Source: Chloroflexota bacterium
GTDB taxonomy: Bacteria > Chloroflexota > UBA11872
Length of the DNA: 64,000 nt
Reading direction: 5' to 3'
Assembly: GCA_028874175.1 (NCBI GenBank)
Contig: JAPPLN010000010.1
Coordinates: 6,827-70,826, forward strand
The translations under genes were made by a program, and so were the position numbers. Below, one piece after another: positions 26,697 through 36,595 of the stretch (position 1 is the stretch's first letter; each line of letters begins with the position of its first letter). Under the pieces are notes generated by a model that saw nothing but the letters and a program-made list of their open reading frames with translations, had not been told where the DNA came from and searched no databases.

Positions 26697-29600
26697 ATGC
26701 AACTGATCGACCAGCGTCTGGCCTACTCGGCGACCGACCTGGTGGGCTTCCTGGAGTGCCGGCACCTGGCGAATCTCGAGCGCGCGGCGACGCTGGTCCC
26801 GGATGTCCGGCGTCCGGTCCGTGACGACCCCGTGCTGGACCGCATGGCACGGCGCGGGCAGGAGTTCGAGGCGCGCTACCTCGAAGAGCTGCGCGCCAGG
26901 GATCGCAAAATCGCCGAAATCCGGCCGCCGGACACGGTGTCCCCCACCCGCCTGATCAGGCCGGAACACGAAGCCACGCTGCAGGCCATGCGACGAGGCG
27001 CTGAGGTGATCTACCAGGGCGTCTTGCTGGACGAGCGACGGCTGGGGTACGCGGACTTCCTCGAGCGGGTCGATACACCGAGCGACCTGGGACCGTGGAG
27101 CTACGAAGTTGTGGATACCAAGCTGGCCCGCCAGCCGTCGGCGCCCGCGGTGCTGCAAATCTGCATGTATTCGGACCTGCTGGGCACCATGCAGGGACGC
27201 CTGCCGGAACGGATGCACCTGGTGCTGGGCGGCGTCCAGCGCGAGACGGTGAGCTTGCGGGTGGCCGACTACGCCGCCTACTACCGTTTGGTGGCGAGCG
27301 AGTTCGAGGAGCTGCTGGACAGCCCGGAGGACGTTTATCCGGTGCAGACGAAACCCGAGCCGGTGGGGCACTGCGATTTCTGCAGCTGGACGCTGGAGTG
27401 CCGCGCCCAGTGGCGGCGGGAAGACGACCTGGCGCTGGTGGCGGGTCTGACGTCCCGGCAGCGCCGCGCGCTGCACGCGATCGACATCATCACTCGGGGC
27501 GGGCTGGCTAACCCATCCCCGCCGCTGCCGGAGCGGATGGAGGGCGTCAGCCCCGAGGCGCTGGCGCGGGTGCAGGCGCAGGCTGCCATCCAGGTGCGCG
27601 GCGATGGCCGCGTGATCTCGGAGCGCATTCCGCCCGAGCGCGACCGCGAAAAGGCCCTCGTGCCGGACCGCGGGCTCTGGGCGCTGCCGGAACCCTCGCC
27701 GGGCGACCTATTCCTGGACCTGGAGGGCGACCCCTTCTACGGCTCCGACGAGGTCGATGGCATCGACTACCTGTTCGGGGCGATTGAGCCGGGCCTGCCC
27801 GACGCGGCGGGCGAGCTCACGTTTCACGCGTTCTGGTCGATCGAAGACGGCGACGTGATGACGGCGGCCGAGCGCCAGGCCTTCGAGGACTGTATCGACC
27901 TGATCATGGACCGCTGGCGCGCCCACCCGGGCATGCACGTCTACCACTACGCGCCCTACGAGACCAGCGCCATGAAGCGGCTCGCCGGGCGCTATGCCAC
28001 GCGCGAGACGGAGGTGGACCAGTTGCTGCGCGGGCAGGTGTTCGTGGACTTGTATCGCGTGGTGCGACAGGGCATCCGGGCGTCGGTGGAGAGCTACTCG
28101 ATCAAGCGGCTGGAGCCGCTCTACGGCTTCAAGCGGGAAATCGACCTGCGCGACGCCGGCGAGAGCATCGTCGAGTTCGAGCACTGGCTCGAGCCCGATC
28201 CTGACACCGACCGGGACGCCCTGCTGGACCAGATCAAGGCCTACAACCGCGACGACTGCGTCTCCACCTGGCACCTGCGCGAATGGCTGGAGGAGCAGCG
28301 GGCGGCGCTGGTGAGCGAACTGGGCGCCGAGGCGCTGCCGCGGCCAACGGTCATCGAACCCGAAGAGACGGAGGACACGGAAGAGCAGCAAGAAATCAAG
28401 GAGCTCGTAGACCGGCTGACCGACGACCTGGAGAAGGACCTCACCGACGGCACGCTGCTTGAGGACCCAACCCAACGCGGACGCTGGCTGCTGGCGCAAC
28501 TCGTCGACTGGCACCGCCGCGAGCATAAGGCCCTCTGGTGGCGCTATTTCCATCTGAAGGACGAGCTAACGGAGGACGAACGCGCGGAAGAAACCGATGT
28601 GCTCGGACGACTCACGTTCCTTGACGCACGGCCCGACCCCAACCCCCGCGCCCGGTCCACGATCTATCGCTTCCGCTTTGCTGAACAGGACCACAAGCTC
28701 TCGGTCGGCGACTCGGTTCGGACTCAGGTCGGCAAAGACGCAGGACGCATAGTGCGCCTGGACGACGAAGCCTGCGAAGTCGAGCTGCGGCTCGGATCGC
28801 GGCGGCCGCCGCCGCAGCCGACATCGCTAATCCAGTTCAACTACGTCAACCCGAAACCAAAGCCGAGCAGCCTCAAGTGGCTAACGCAGTGGGTTGTCGA
28901 AAACGGTATCGACGCCGAAGGCCCGAACCAGGCGGCGCGCGATCTATTGATGCGCCGACCGCCGCGCGTTGGCCAGTCCGAGGGCGCGCCGCTGGCCGCA
29001 GAGGACGACAACGCACAGGACGCGGCGCGCCGGCTGGTTCAGGAACTGGAGGACAGCTACCTCGCCGTCCAGGGACCGCCCGGCTCAGGCAAGAGCACAG
29101 TGGGCGCGGAGATGATCGTGGACCTGGTGGAGGCCGGAAAGCGCGTCGGCGTCACGGCCAACAGCCACAAGGTCATCGGCGAACTGCTGGAGAAGACGGC
29201 GCGGGTCGCTGAGGACCGGGGAATCCACGTCAGGATCGGCCAACGCACCAACGAGGAGCCCGCCTCCGAGAGCTTTCAGCACCTGGAGAGCACCGACGAC
29301 GCCTGCGACGGCCTGGCCGCCGGATTCCTGGACGTTGTTGGCGGTACCACCTGGCTCTGGTCGAGCGAAAAGGCGCACGGCGCGGTTGACGTGCTCTGCA
29401 TCGACGAGGCCGGCCAGATGTCGCTGGCCGACGCCCTGGCCGCCGCACCCTGCGCCACCAGCCTGCTGCTGCTGGGCGACCCGCAGCAGTTGGACCAGCC
29501 GCTGCAAGGCGTGCATCCGCCGGGAGCCGACCGATCGGTGTTGGCGCACTTACTTGACGGCGCCCGCGTCATGCCGCCGGACCTCGGTCTGTTTCTCGAC

Positions 29601-30218
29601 GGCACCTGGCGCCTGCACCCGAGCATCTGCGAGTTCACATCCGAGGTCTTCTATGAAGACAGCCTCAAGTCGCATCCTGGCCGCGAGAACCTGGATCTGT
29701 CCGGCGCGTTGCCGTTTGATGGAACGGGGCTGCGATTCGTGTCGGTGCCGCACGAGCGTCGGGTCAGCGACTCGAAGGAAGAGGCCGAGGCCATTGCCGA
29801 GCAGGTCCATAGGTTGCTCCGCGCGCATCCATCTTGGACCGACGCCGAGGGCGCGGCTCACTCGCTGACCGACCAGGACGTGCTCATCATCACGCCCTAC
29901 AACCGGCAGATCCGGGAACTCGGCTCACGGCCCGAACTCAAGGGATTCCGTATCGGCACGGTGGACAAGTTCCAGGGCCAGGAAGCCCCGATCTCCATCT
30001 ACTCCATGGCCACCAGCTCCGCCGACGACGCCCCCCGTGGCATGGAATTCCTCTACAGCCTCAACCGCCTCAACGTCGCCACCAGCAGGGCCAAATGCTT
30101 GGCCGTGGTGGTGGCCAGCCCCGGCCTCCTGGCAGTCCGCTGCCGCACCCCCCGCCAGATGCACCTCGCCAACGCCCTGGCCCGCCTGTGGGAAATGGCG
30201 GCGGACTGGACAGCGTGA
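26697..30218 (+). CDS. Three-domain nuclease-helicase: Cas4/RecB-like PD-(D/E)XK + RNase H-fold (DEDD-like, TM0106-type) exonuclease + Upf1/DNA2-like SF1 helicase
   Basis: 1173 aa. N-terminus: FLECRH, YADFLERVD, EVVDTKLA, LQICMYSDLL, HCDFCSWTLEC. Middle: DLFLDLEGDPF, YHYAPYETSAMKRL, AYNRDDCVSTWHL. C-terminus: GPPGSGKST, CIDEAGQ, LLGDPQQL, VDKFQGQE, LNVATSRAK. Confidence 0.85.
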   Translation: MQLIDQRLAYSATDLVGFLECRHLANLERAATLVPDVRRPVRDDPVLDRMARRGQEFEARYLEELRARDRKIAEIRPPDTVSPTRLIRPEHEATLQAMRRGAEVIYQGVLLDERRLGYADFLERVDTPSDLGPWSYEVVDTKLARQPSAPAVLQICMYSDLLGTMQGRLPERMHLVLGGVQRETVSLRVADYAAYYRLVASEFEELLDSPEDVYPVQTKPEPVGHCDFCSWTLECRAQWRREDDLALVAGLTSRQRRALHAIDIITRGGLANPSPPLPERMEGVSPEALARVQAQAAIQVRGDGRVISERIPPERDREKALVPDRGLWALPEPSPGDLFLDLEGDPFYGSDEVDGIDYLFGAIEPGLPDAAGELTFHAFWSIEDGDVMTAAERQAFEDCIDLIMDRWRAHPGMHVYHYAPYETSAMKRLAGRYATRETEVDQLLRGQVFVDLYRVVRQGIRASVESYSIKRLEPLYGFKREIDLRDAGESIVEFEHWLEPDPDTDRDALLDQIKAYNRDDCVSTWHLREWLEEQRAALVSELGAEALPRPTVIEPEETEDTEEQQEIKELVDRLTDDLEKDLTDGTLLEDPTQRGRWLLAQLVDWHRREHKALWWRYFHLKDELTEDERAEETDVLGRLTFLDARPDPNPRARSTIYRFRFAEQDHKLSVGDSVRTQVGKDAGRIVRLDDEACEVELRLGSRRPPPQPTSLIQFNYVNPKPKPSSLKWLTQWVVENGIDAEGPNQAARDLLMRRPPRVGQSEGAPLAAEDDNAQDAARRLVQELEDSYLAVQGPPGSGKSTVGAEMIVDLVEAGKRVGVTANSHKVIGELLEKTARVAEDRGIHVRIGQRTNEEPASESFQHLESTDDACDGLAAGFLDVVGGTTWLWSSEKAHGAVDVLCIDEAGQMSLADALAAAPCATSLLLLGDPQQLDQPLQGVHPPGADRSVLAHLLDGARVMPPDLGLFLDGTWRLHPSICEFTSEVFYEDSLKSHPGRENLDLSGALPFDGTGLRFVSVPHERRVSDSKEEAEAIAEQVHRLLRAHPSWTDAEGAAHSLTDQDVLIITPYNRQIRELGSRPELKGFRIGTVDKFQGQEAPISIYSMATSSADDAPRGMEFLYSLNRLNVATSRAKCLAVVVASPGLLAVRCRTPRQMHLANALARLWEMAADWTA

Positions 30219-31381
30219 GCGAAGCGTCCACGTCTGGCGAGACCCTCAAGGCCACCGAGGCGTGGTTTCGCCGGCAGGGCGTGCCCCACCTCATCGAGGA
30301 CTACAGCACGCGGCGAGACATCCTGACTCGCACCCTGCCGTTCCTCGCAATCGTCTTGGCGATCCAGATTCTTTTGATTCCCCGAGTGGATTGGCCGTGG
30401 TGGGCGAGCGTTCTCTCGGTCGTCGGCGCGGTGGCGGCCGTGGCTGCGGCCTGGATGGGTATCAACGCCCTGCGCCGTCGGAGGCTACGTGCGCTTCCGG
30501 AGAAGGTCGGCGCGGTGGAGGTGCTCGTGTTCCTGCTTACGGCGCCGATGCTCACCGGATTCATTCTGGGTGATTGGGAGACCGCGGCGGTCGAAGTCCT
30601 ATTGAATGCCCTGCTTTTGCTGGGCGCCTACCTGACCGTGAGCTTCGCGCTGATACCGATTCTGCGCTGGAGTGCGCGACGGCTCATTCGCGATGCGCTG
30701 GACGTTCTGGGTCTCTTCGCGCGGGCGCTACCGCTGCTGCTCATTTTCGTCACATTCATGTTCATTACCGCCGAGGTATGGCAAATGGCCGGCACGATCG
30801 AAGTCACGCGCCTGCTCGCGGTGATTGGACTCTTTGCGCTGGTGGCGGCGGCGTTCCTGATCTCGCGGCTGCCGGCCGAGCTCAGTGATCTTGCGGCCTT
30901 CCAAAGCTCCGATCGGGTGACGGAACTTGCGCAGGGGACTCCTGCTGCCAGCCTTGGCGTCGCGTCCGACTCGCTGAAAATGGACGCGCCGCTCCGACGC
31001 GCGCAATGGGCGAACGTCGGTCTCGTCGTGCTCGTCGCGCTGGCGCTACGGGTTCTCTTTGTCGGCGCGCTGGTGGGCGTGTTCTTTCTCGTCTTCGGAG
31101 CAATCGCCATGGACCTGAACGCAGTCTCGTCATGGACGCAGAACGATCCGCGGATCCTGCTGAACCTTCCCTGGTCGGGAACGGCGATGACCGTGGAGCT
31201 GCTGCAGGTGTCCGTGTTCATGGCCGCCTTCTCGGGCTTCTACTTCACCATCAGGGTCCTGACCGACCACGAGTACCGCGACGAGTTCTTCGAGGACGTG
31301 GTGGGCGACGTTCGGCAGAGCCTTGCCGTGCGCGCCGTGTACCTGGGCGCGCTCGCTCAGCATGAGATGGACGGGGACTGA
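30215..31381 (+). CDS. Polytopic membrane protein, family not recognised
   Basis: GTG 30215 overlaps the helicase stop (GTGA) inside ORF 29834..31381. A ~40-aa soluble N-terminus is followed by about 7-8 hydrophobic helices and an acidic C-terminal tail (DHEYRDEFFEDVVGD). Confidence 0.7.
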   Translation: MSEASTSGETLKATEAWFRRQGVPHLIEDYSTRRDILTRTLPFLAIVLAIQILLIPRVDWPWWASVLSVVGAVAAVAAAWMGINALRRRRLRALPEKVGAVEVLVFLLTAPMLTGFILGDWETAAVEVLLNALLLLGAYLTVSFALIPILRWSARRLIRDALDVLGLFARALPLLLIFVTFMFITAEVWQMAGTIEVTRLLAVIGLFALVAAAFLISRLPAELSDLAAFQSSDRVTELAQGTPAASLGVASDSLKMDAPLRRAQWANVGLVVLVALALRVLFVGALVGVFFLVFGAIAMDLNAVSSWTQNDPRILLNLPWSGTAMTVELLQVSVFMAAFSGFYFTIRVLTDHEYRDEFFEDVVGDVRQSLAVRAVYLGALAQHEMDGD

Positions 31382-31486
31382 GGCCCGATTCCTCGGACGG
31401 GTGCGAGCGTTCGCGCGTCTCACCGTCCACCTGCCGGCGACGCCCCGTGGCAGACTGCCCACACCGAGTTCCCGGGGAATACGGGT

Positions 31487-32830
31487 ATGTCCGCCAGCGC
31501 CGATCTGAAAGAGCGCATCGCCGCCGTCGTTGAGTCGCATCGCGACGACATCGTCGAAGTCGGCGAAACCATCATGCGCAACCCTGAACTGGGCTTTAAG
31601 GAATTCGAGACCGCGGCGCTGGTCCAGCAGAAGTTCGACGAGTTGGAACTGGACTACCGGGCGGGACTGGCGCGAACCGGGGTCAAGGCCCGCATCGACA
31701 CAGGCAGGCCGGGTCCCACGCTGGCATTGATCGGCGAACTGGACGCGCTGGTAGTGGCCGGTCACCCGATGGAGAACCCCGAAACCCACGCCGCCCACGC
31801 CTGCGGCCACAACGCCCAGATCGCCGGCCTGATGGGCGCGGCGGCCGCGCTGAGCGATCCCACCATCCTGCGAGACCTCTGTGGCTCAATCGTGCTGTTT
31901 GCCGTGCCGGCCGAGGAGTACGTGGAGGTTGAGTACCGCCACGGCCTGGTGCAGGAGGGCGAACTGGAGTTCCTGGGCGGCAAGCCTGAACTCATCGCGC
32001 GCGGCGAGTTCGACGACGTGGACCTGGCCATGATGATCCACACCCACTCGCGGCCGGACGAAAACGGCATGGCCTCCGTCACCGCCTCCAACAACGGCTG
32101 CGTGGTCAAGCAGATCCGCTACATCGGCAAGGCGGCGCACGCGGGCGGGGCGCCCCATATGGGTGTCAACGCGCTTTACGCCGCCCACATCGGCCTGGCG
32201 GCGATCAACGCCGTGCGCGAGACCTTTCGGGACGACGACGCGATCCGCGTGCATCCGATCATTACCCGCGGCGGCGACCTGGTGAACGTGATTCCGTCAG
32301 ACGTGACGCTGGAAACCTACGTGCGCGGCAAGACGACTGACGCCATCGACGTGGCGGCCGCCAAGGTGGACCGCGCGCTCAAGGCCGGCGCCCTGGCGCT
32401 GGGCGCCGAGGTGGAGATCATCACGCTCCCCGGCTACCTGCCGCTCGTCAACGATCAGGATCTCACCGAGTTCTTCCTGGCCAACCAGCGCGTCGTGCAC
32501 GGCGAGCCCCAGGCGCGCCGGCAGGGGCACCGCACCGGATCCACCGACATGGGCGACGTTTCCCACATCATGCCGGCGTTGCATCCCTCCATGGCCGGCG
32601 CCGTGGGCAGCAACCACGCGGTGGACTGGCTGATCGACGACCCGCAGATGGCTTACCTGGAACCGGCCAAGGCTTTGGCCTGGATGGCCGCCGACCTGCT
32701 GGGCAACGGCGCCGAAGAGGCGCGGCGGGTGCTGGATAACTTCCAACCGCGCATGAGCAAGGATGAGTACCTCGCCTACCAGCGGGGCCTCAGCCAGGTC
32801 GAGCGCTGGTCGGGCGCGGAATCAGCCTGA
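31487..32830 (+). CDS. M20-family amidohydrolase (AbgB/hippurate hydrolase-like)
   Basis: NPELGFKEFETA, HACGHNAQIAG, GSTDMGDVSH. Confidence 0.85.
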   Translation: MSASADLKERIAAVVESHRDDIVEVGETIMRNPELGFKEFETAALVQQKFDELELDYRAGLARTGVKARIDTGRPGPTLALIGELDALVVAGHPMENPETHAAHACGHNAQIAGLMGAAAALSDPTILRDLCGSIVLFAVPAEEYVEVEYRHGLVQEGELEFLGGKPELIARGEFDDVDLAMMIHTHSRPDENGMASVTASNNGCVVKQIRYIGKAAHAGGAPHMGVNALYAAHIGLAAINAVRETFRDDDAIRVHPIITRGGDLVNVIPSDVTLETYVRGKTTDAIDVAAAKVDRALKAGALALGAEVEIITLPGYLPLVNDQDLTEFFLANQRVVHGEPQARRQGHRTGSTDMGDVSHIMPALHPSMAGAVGSNHAVDWLIDDPQMAYLEPAKALAWMAADLLGNGAEEARRVLDNFQPRMSKDEYLAYQRGLSQVERWSGAESA

Positions 32831-32875
32831 TCCTGCCGCCTACAATGCTCGGCAACGGCTCCTGAGGGTGCTCGC

Positions 32876-33505
32876 ATGCGACGGATCCTGGCAATTGGAC
32901 TGCTGCTCATCGCGCTGGCGGCGTGCGGTGAAGCCGAACCGGCCGCCGAGGCTTCGGAACCCGCGGAGGGTGGTGTGAAACAGTATTCGGCTCATCCCGG
33001 CACGGTGATCGAGGCCGGCAAGAGCTACTCGGCCGTCATCAGGACCAACCTGGGCGACATGACCTTTGATCTGCTGGCGGACAAGGCGCCGCTGGCGGTC
33101 AACAGCTTCGTGTTCCTGGCCCGCGAGGGTTATTTCGACGGCGTCATCTTCCACCGCATCATCCCCGGCTTCATGGGCCAGAGCGGCGATCCCACCGGAA
33201 CCGGCGGCGGAGGCCCGGGATACAAGTACGACATTGAGACGCCGAGCGGGCCCTACATTCGCGGTTCGCTGGCCATGGCCAACGCGGGTCCCGGAACCAA
33301 CGGATCGCAGTTCTTCATCGTGTTCGACAACCTGACGGAGCAGGGACGACTGAGTCCGGACTATTCGCTTTTCGGGCAGATGACAGGCGGCGAGCCGGCG
33401 CTGGAAGCGCTGGAGAGCGTGCCGGTGACGGCCAAGCCCAGCGGTGAGCGATCGCAACCGCTCGAAGAGGTCCGCATCTCCACGATCGAGATCATCGAGC
33501 GCTGA
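32876..33505 (+). CDS. Cyclophilin-type peptidyl-prolyl isomerase, lipoprotein
   Basis: LALAACGEA lipobox. FHRIIPGFMGQSGDPTGTGGGGPGY, LAMANAGPGTNGSQFFI. Confidence 0.9.
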   Translation: MRRILAIGLLLIALAACGEAEPAAEASEPAEGGVKQYSAHPGTVIEAGKSYSAVIRTNLGDMTFDLLADKAPLAVNSFVFLAREGYFDGVIFHRIIPGFMGQSGDPTGTGGGGPGYKYDIETPSGPYIRGSLAMANAGPGTNGSQFFIVFDNLTEQGRLSPDYSLFGQMTGGEPALEALESVPVTAKPSGERSQPLEEVRISTIEIIER

Positions 33506-33546
33506 CATCCGTGACTACCAGCCATGTTGACGGCCCCGCCTCTTCT

Positions 33547-33600
33547 CCCTCTCCCTTGAGGGAGAGGGTTGGGGTGAGGGTGGCTGCTGGCCTCAGCAGC
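33547..33600 (+). terminator. Two consecutive hairpins after the PPIase gene (REP-like element)
   Basis: CCCTCTCCC-TTGA-GGGAGAGGG (33547-33568) is followed by TTGGGGTGAGGGTGG. Then GCTGCTG-GCCT-CAGCAGC (33584-33601). Confidence 0.4.
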
Positions 33601-33668
33601 GACGCCCGGGATAGGCAACCGCTCGCCTCCCGCCTGCCAACAAGGCTCACGTGAAACACAGCTAGCCG

Positions 33669-34610
33669 GTGGCCCGCGGCGCCGCGCCAGCGCTGCGCCT
33701 GGCGGTCGATCCCCCGTTTAGCCTGTGGACGGCGGCCCTTCTGCATGGGTGGTACGCGCTGGCGCCATTCCGCTGGCTGCCGGAGTCGGAGACGCTGGAG
33801 CGCGTGGATCGGTTGCCGGCAGGGGCCGTCTTCGAGGTGCGCGTGCGGCAGGGCGTCGACTGGTCCGACGGGCGGCGCGGGATTGAAGTGGACGCCTGTC
33901 CCGAACCGTCAGCCGCGGATGCTCAGGAACTGGCGGCGCGCGTCAGACGCATGCTGCGACTGGACGAAGACCTATCGGACTTCCACGCCCGCTGCCGCCG
34001 CTCGCGCGCGTTGCGGCCGGTGGCCGAGGCTGGCGCCGGACGGCTGCTGCGTAGTCCGGATCTCTGGGAAGACGTGATGAAAGGCATCTGCACCACCAAC
34101 GTCACCTGGGAACGGACCAAGCGCATGGTGGCGGCACTGACTACGCTGGGCCCGACACCGCCAGGCGGCAACACGCGGGCGTTTCCTACGCCGAGCGAAG
34201 TCCTGGACGCCGGATCCGAGTTCCTGCTGAAGGAGGCCGGCGCGGGATACCGGGCGCGCTCCATGCTCAAGTTGGCCGAAGGCGTGGCCGACGGCACGAT
34301 CGACGTGTCGGCCCCCGACCATCCCGACGCAACTTCGGCCGATCGCCTGGCCGCCCTCGAAGCGCTACCGGGCATCGGTCCCGTGACCGCGGGATACCTG
34401 GCCATGCTGCTGGGCACGTACGACACGCTCACGCTGGACAGCAGCACGCGCGCCTTCGCGGTCCGCACGTTCGGCGAGGCCGCAGCCGACCCGCAGCGGC
34501 TGGCGCGGCACTACTCGCACTTCGGCCGCTGGCGGGCGCTGGCCTTCTGGTGCCAGCGCTGGGTCGGCGGAGCGCAGGTACGGGAACGGCTGGCGATCGA
34601 ACTGGCATGA
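33669..34610 (+). CDS. HhH-GPD base-excision DNA glycosylase (AlkA/Ogg-like)
   Basis: GTG start. Helix-hairpin-helix LEALPGIGPVTAGYLAMLLG; WEDVMKGICTTNVTW. Confidence 0.7.
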   Translation: MARGAAPALRLAVDPPFSLWTAALLHGWYALAPFRWLPESETLERVDRLPAGAVFEVRVRQGVDWSDGRRGIEVDACPEPSAADAQELAARVRRMLRLDEDLSDFHARCRRSRALRPVAEAGAGRLLRSPDLWEDVMKGICTTNVTWERTKRMVAALTTLGPTPPGGNTRAFPTPSEVLDAGSEFLLKEAGAGYRARSMLKLAEGVADGTIDVSAPDHPDATSADRLAALEALPGIGPVTAGYLAMLLGTYDTLTLDSSTRAFAVRTFGEAAADPQRLARHYSHFGRWRALAFWCQRWVGGAQVRERLAIELA

Positions 34611-35116
34611 CTGGCGCGGAGACACCCGTTCCCGTCCCACCGCCACCGAGCGAAGGCCTTTCGCCAGCCGCGCGGCGCGTTTTCACCTTCGGTCTGGCCG
34701 GATTGGTGGCGGCGTTGGACCAGGTAGTAAAAGTCGTCGTCGACAACGTGCTGCCGCCCTGGGGAACGACCGTGGGGCCGCTCTTCGACTTCCAGCGGGT
34801 GTACAACCCGGGCGTCAACTTCGGACTGCTGTCCGATTTCCCGCAGGTGGTCATCGTCGCAACGCTCGTCATCGGGGTCGGCTTCGCGGCGTACGTCCTT
34901 ACGCGCCCGCCCCAGCGCTGGACCACCATCGGCGGATTCGCGCTGTTGCTGGGCGGCGGATTCGGCAACCTGGTGGACCGGTTCCGCTTGGGCGCGGTCT
35001 TCGACTACCTGAACATCACGCCGTTCGTGGGCTACCTGAACCTGGCGGACCTGGCGATCGGGGCCGGGGTGATCCTGCTTTTACTGGACGCCATGCTTCG
35101 CCGCGAGCCGGGCTGA
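34607..35116 (+). CDS. lspA: Lipoprotein signal peptidase II
   Basis: ATG 34607 overlaps the preceding stop (ATGA). YNPGVNFG, GGGFGNLVDR, VFDYLN. Confidence 0.9.
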   Translation: MTGAETPVPVPPPPSEGLSPAARRVFTFGLAGLVAALDQVVKVVVDNVLPPWGTTVGPLFDFQRVYNPGVNFGLLSDFPQVVIVATLVIGVGFAAYVLTRPPQRWTTIGGFALLLGGGFGNLVDRFRLGAVFDYLNITPFVGYLNLADLAIGAGVILLLLDAMLRREPG

Positions 35117-35158
35117 CTTCGCAGGCGCGCCCGGATTATTGCCAGGCTTAACGATGGG

Positions 35159-35230
<72 letters not shown>

Positions 35231-35265
35231 AGAACTGGACAGGCATTCTAATAAGCTGCGGTTCC

Positions 35266-36042
35266 ATGGAATCCTGGCGGCTGCTGGTCTCGCCGGCCGA
35301 CAGCGGGGCGCGAAATCTCGCCACCGATCAGGCCGTGGCCGAACACGTGCGCGACGGCGCGTCGCTACCGACCCTGCGCTTCTACACCTGGCGGCCGGCG
35401 GCCCTGAGCCTGGGTTACGGCCAACCGCTGGCGGCTGTGGACGTCGCCCTGGCCCTTCAGAAGGGCATCGACCTGGTTCGCCGGCCGACTGGCGGACAGG
35501 CCATCCTGCATAACGACGAGTTGACCTACGCCGTCATGCTGCCGCGAACGCACGCGCTAGCCGCCGGCGGCGTGCTGGCCTCGTACGAACGCCTGAGCGC
35601 CGGTTTCGAGCGCGGATTCGCCGCCCTGGGGCTGAAGGCGCGGCAAGGGAACTGGCAACCCGCCGCGTCCGACGCTGAGGGCCTGCTCTGTTTTGCCTCG
35701 CCCAGCACGCATGAACTGTCGGCCGACGGCGTTAAGCTCATGGGCAGCGCACAAACCCGGTTGGGCGGCGCCTTGTTGCAACATGGGAGCATCCCGTTCG
35801 CGCACGATCCGCGCATCCACGACGTACTGCGGCTGCCGCGGCCGGCAGCCCTGCGCGGACTGCGGGCCCTACGATCACCGGCCCCAACAGTTGGCGCGCT
35901 AGTCGAGATCCTGGCAACCGGATTCGTGGAGGCGTTGCGCGTGGCCCTAACGCCCGGCGGCCTTAGCGCGGCCGAGCGCAATCGCCGCGATGAGCTGGTA
36001 CGGAAACGCTATGCCTGCGATGCCTGGCTTGCCCGACGCTGA
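35266..36042 (+). CDS. Lipoate-protein ligase / octanoyltransferase family (BPL_LplA_LipB domain)
   Basis: LRFYTWRPAALSLGYGQ, RRPTGGQAILHNDELTYAV, VKLMGSAQTRLGGALLQHGS. Confidence 0.8.
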   Translation: MESWRLLVSPADSGARNLATDQAVAEHVRDGASLPTLRFYTWRPAALSLGYGQPLAAVDVALALQKGIDLVRRPTGGQAILHNDELTYAVMLPRTHALAAGGVLASYERLSAGFERGFAALGLKARQGNWQPAASDAEGLLCFASPSTHELSADGVKLMGSAQTRLGGALLQHGSIPFAHDPRIHDVLRLPRPAALRGLRALRSPAPTVGALVEILATGFVEALRVALTPGGLSAAERNRRDELVRKRYACDAWLARR

Positions 36043-36061
36043 GCCGCCGCTGACGGAAGTC

Positions 36062-36583
36062 ATGCAGCGCGCCCTGACCGTCCTCTGGGCGCTCGGTCCG
36101 GAGGTTGTGCTTGACCTGGGATGCGGTCCAGGACGGGAGACCCTGGCCCTGACTGCCCTGCCGGGTGTGCGCGTTGTGGCCATCGACACCGACGGGGAGG
36201 CGCTCGCCGCCGCGCCGGCGCACGCCAACGTGCTCTACGTGCGAGCGGACGCGACCCGCCTGCCGCTGGCAAGCAGCGCCGCCCAGGCCGCCTACAGCTT
36301 TGGTCTGTTGCAGGCACTCGGTGGAACCAGCGACGCGCCGACTCGCCATCTGACGCAAGAGTTGCAGCGCGTTCTCGATCCGTCCGGGGTCGTCGTCATG
36401 GGGACGCTGGCCGACTTCCGCCGTATCGAGCGGCCCGACCGCAGCCTGACGGGCGCCGAGGTGTCGAAGGCGCTGCGTGGACGGTTCGTGCTGCAGGAGT
36501 TGATCGGCTTGATGGACCTCGAACACGATGGCCAGCGCTGCCGCTACTGGTACATCGCCGCGACGCCTATCGCGGCTGGGTGA
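36062..36583 (+). CDS. Class I SAM-dependent methyltransferase
   Basis: VLDLGCGPGRETLAL, VVAIDTD, YVRADATRLP. ATG 36062 is preferred over 35990, which would overlap the previous gene by 53 nt. Confidence 0.7.
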   Translation: MQRALTVLWALGPEVVLDLGCGPGRETLALTALPGVRVVAIDTDGEALAAAPAHANVLYVRADATRLPLASSAAQAAYSFGLLQALGGTSDAPTRHLTQELQRVLDPSGVVVMGTLADFRRIERPDRSLTGAEVSKALRGRFVLQELIGLMDLEHDGQRCRYWYIAATPIAAG

Positions 36584-36595
36584 TCGGCTGATCCG

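Noticed and set aside
27708-28553. 281-aa minus ORF inside the helicase gene
   Set aside because: Antisense shadow; the plus frame carries all recognisable motifs.
33361-33746. Minus ORFs 33361..33618 and 33492..33746
   Set aside because: They translate the REP-like hairpin (…NPLPQGRGRRGG… / …LSLKGEGEE…) and intergenic DNA; they are not genes.
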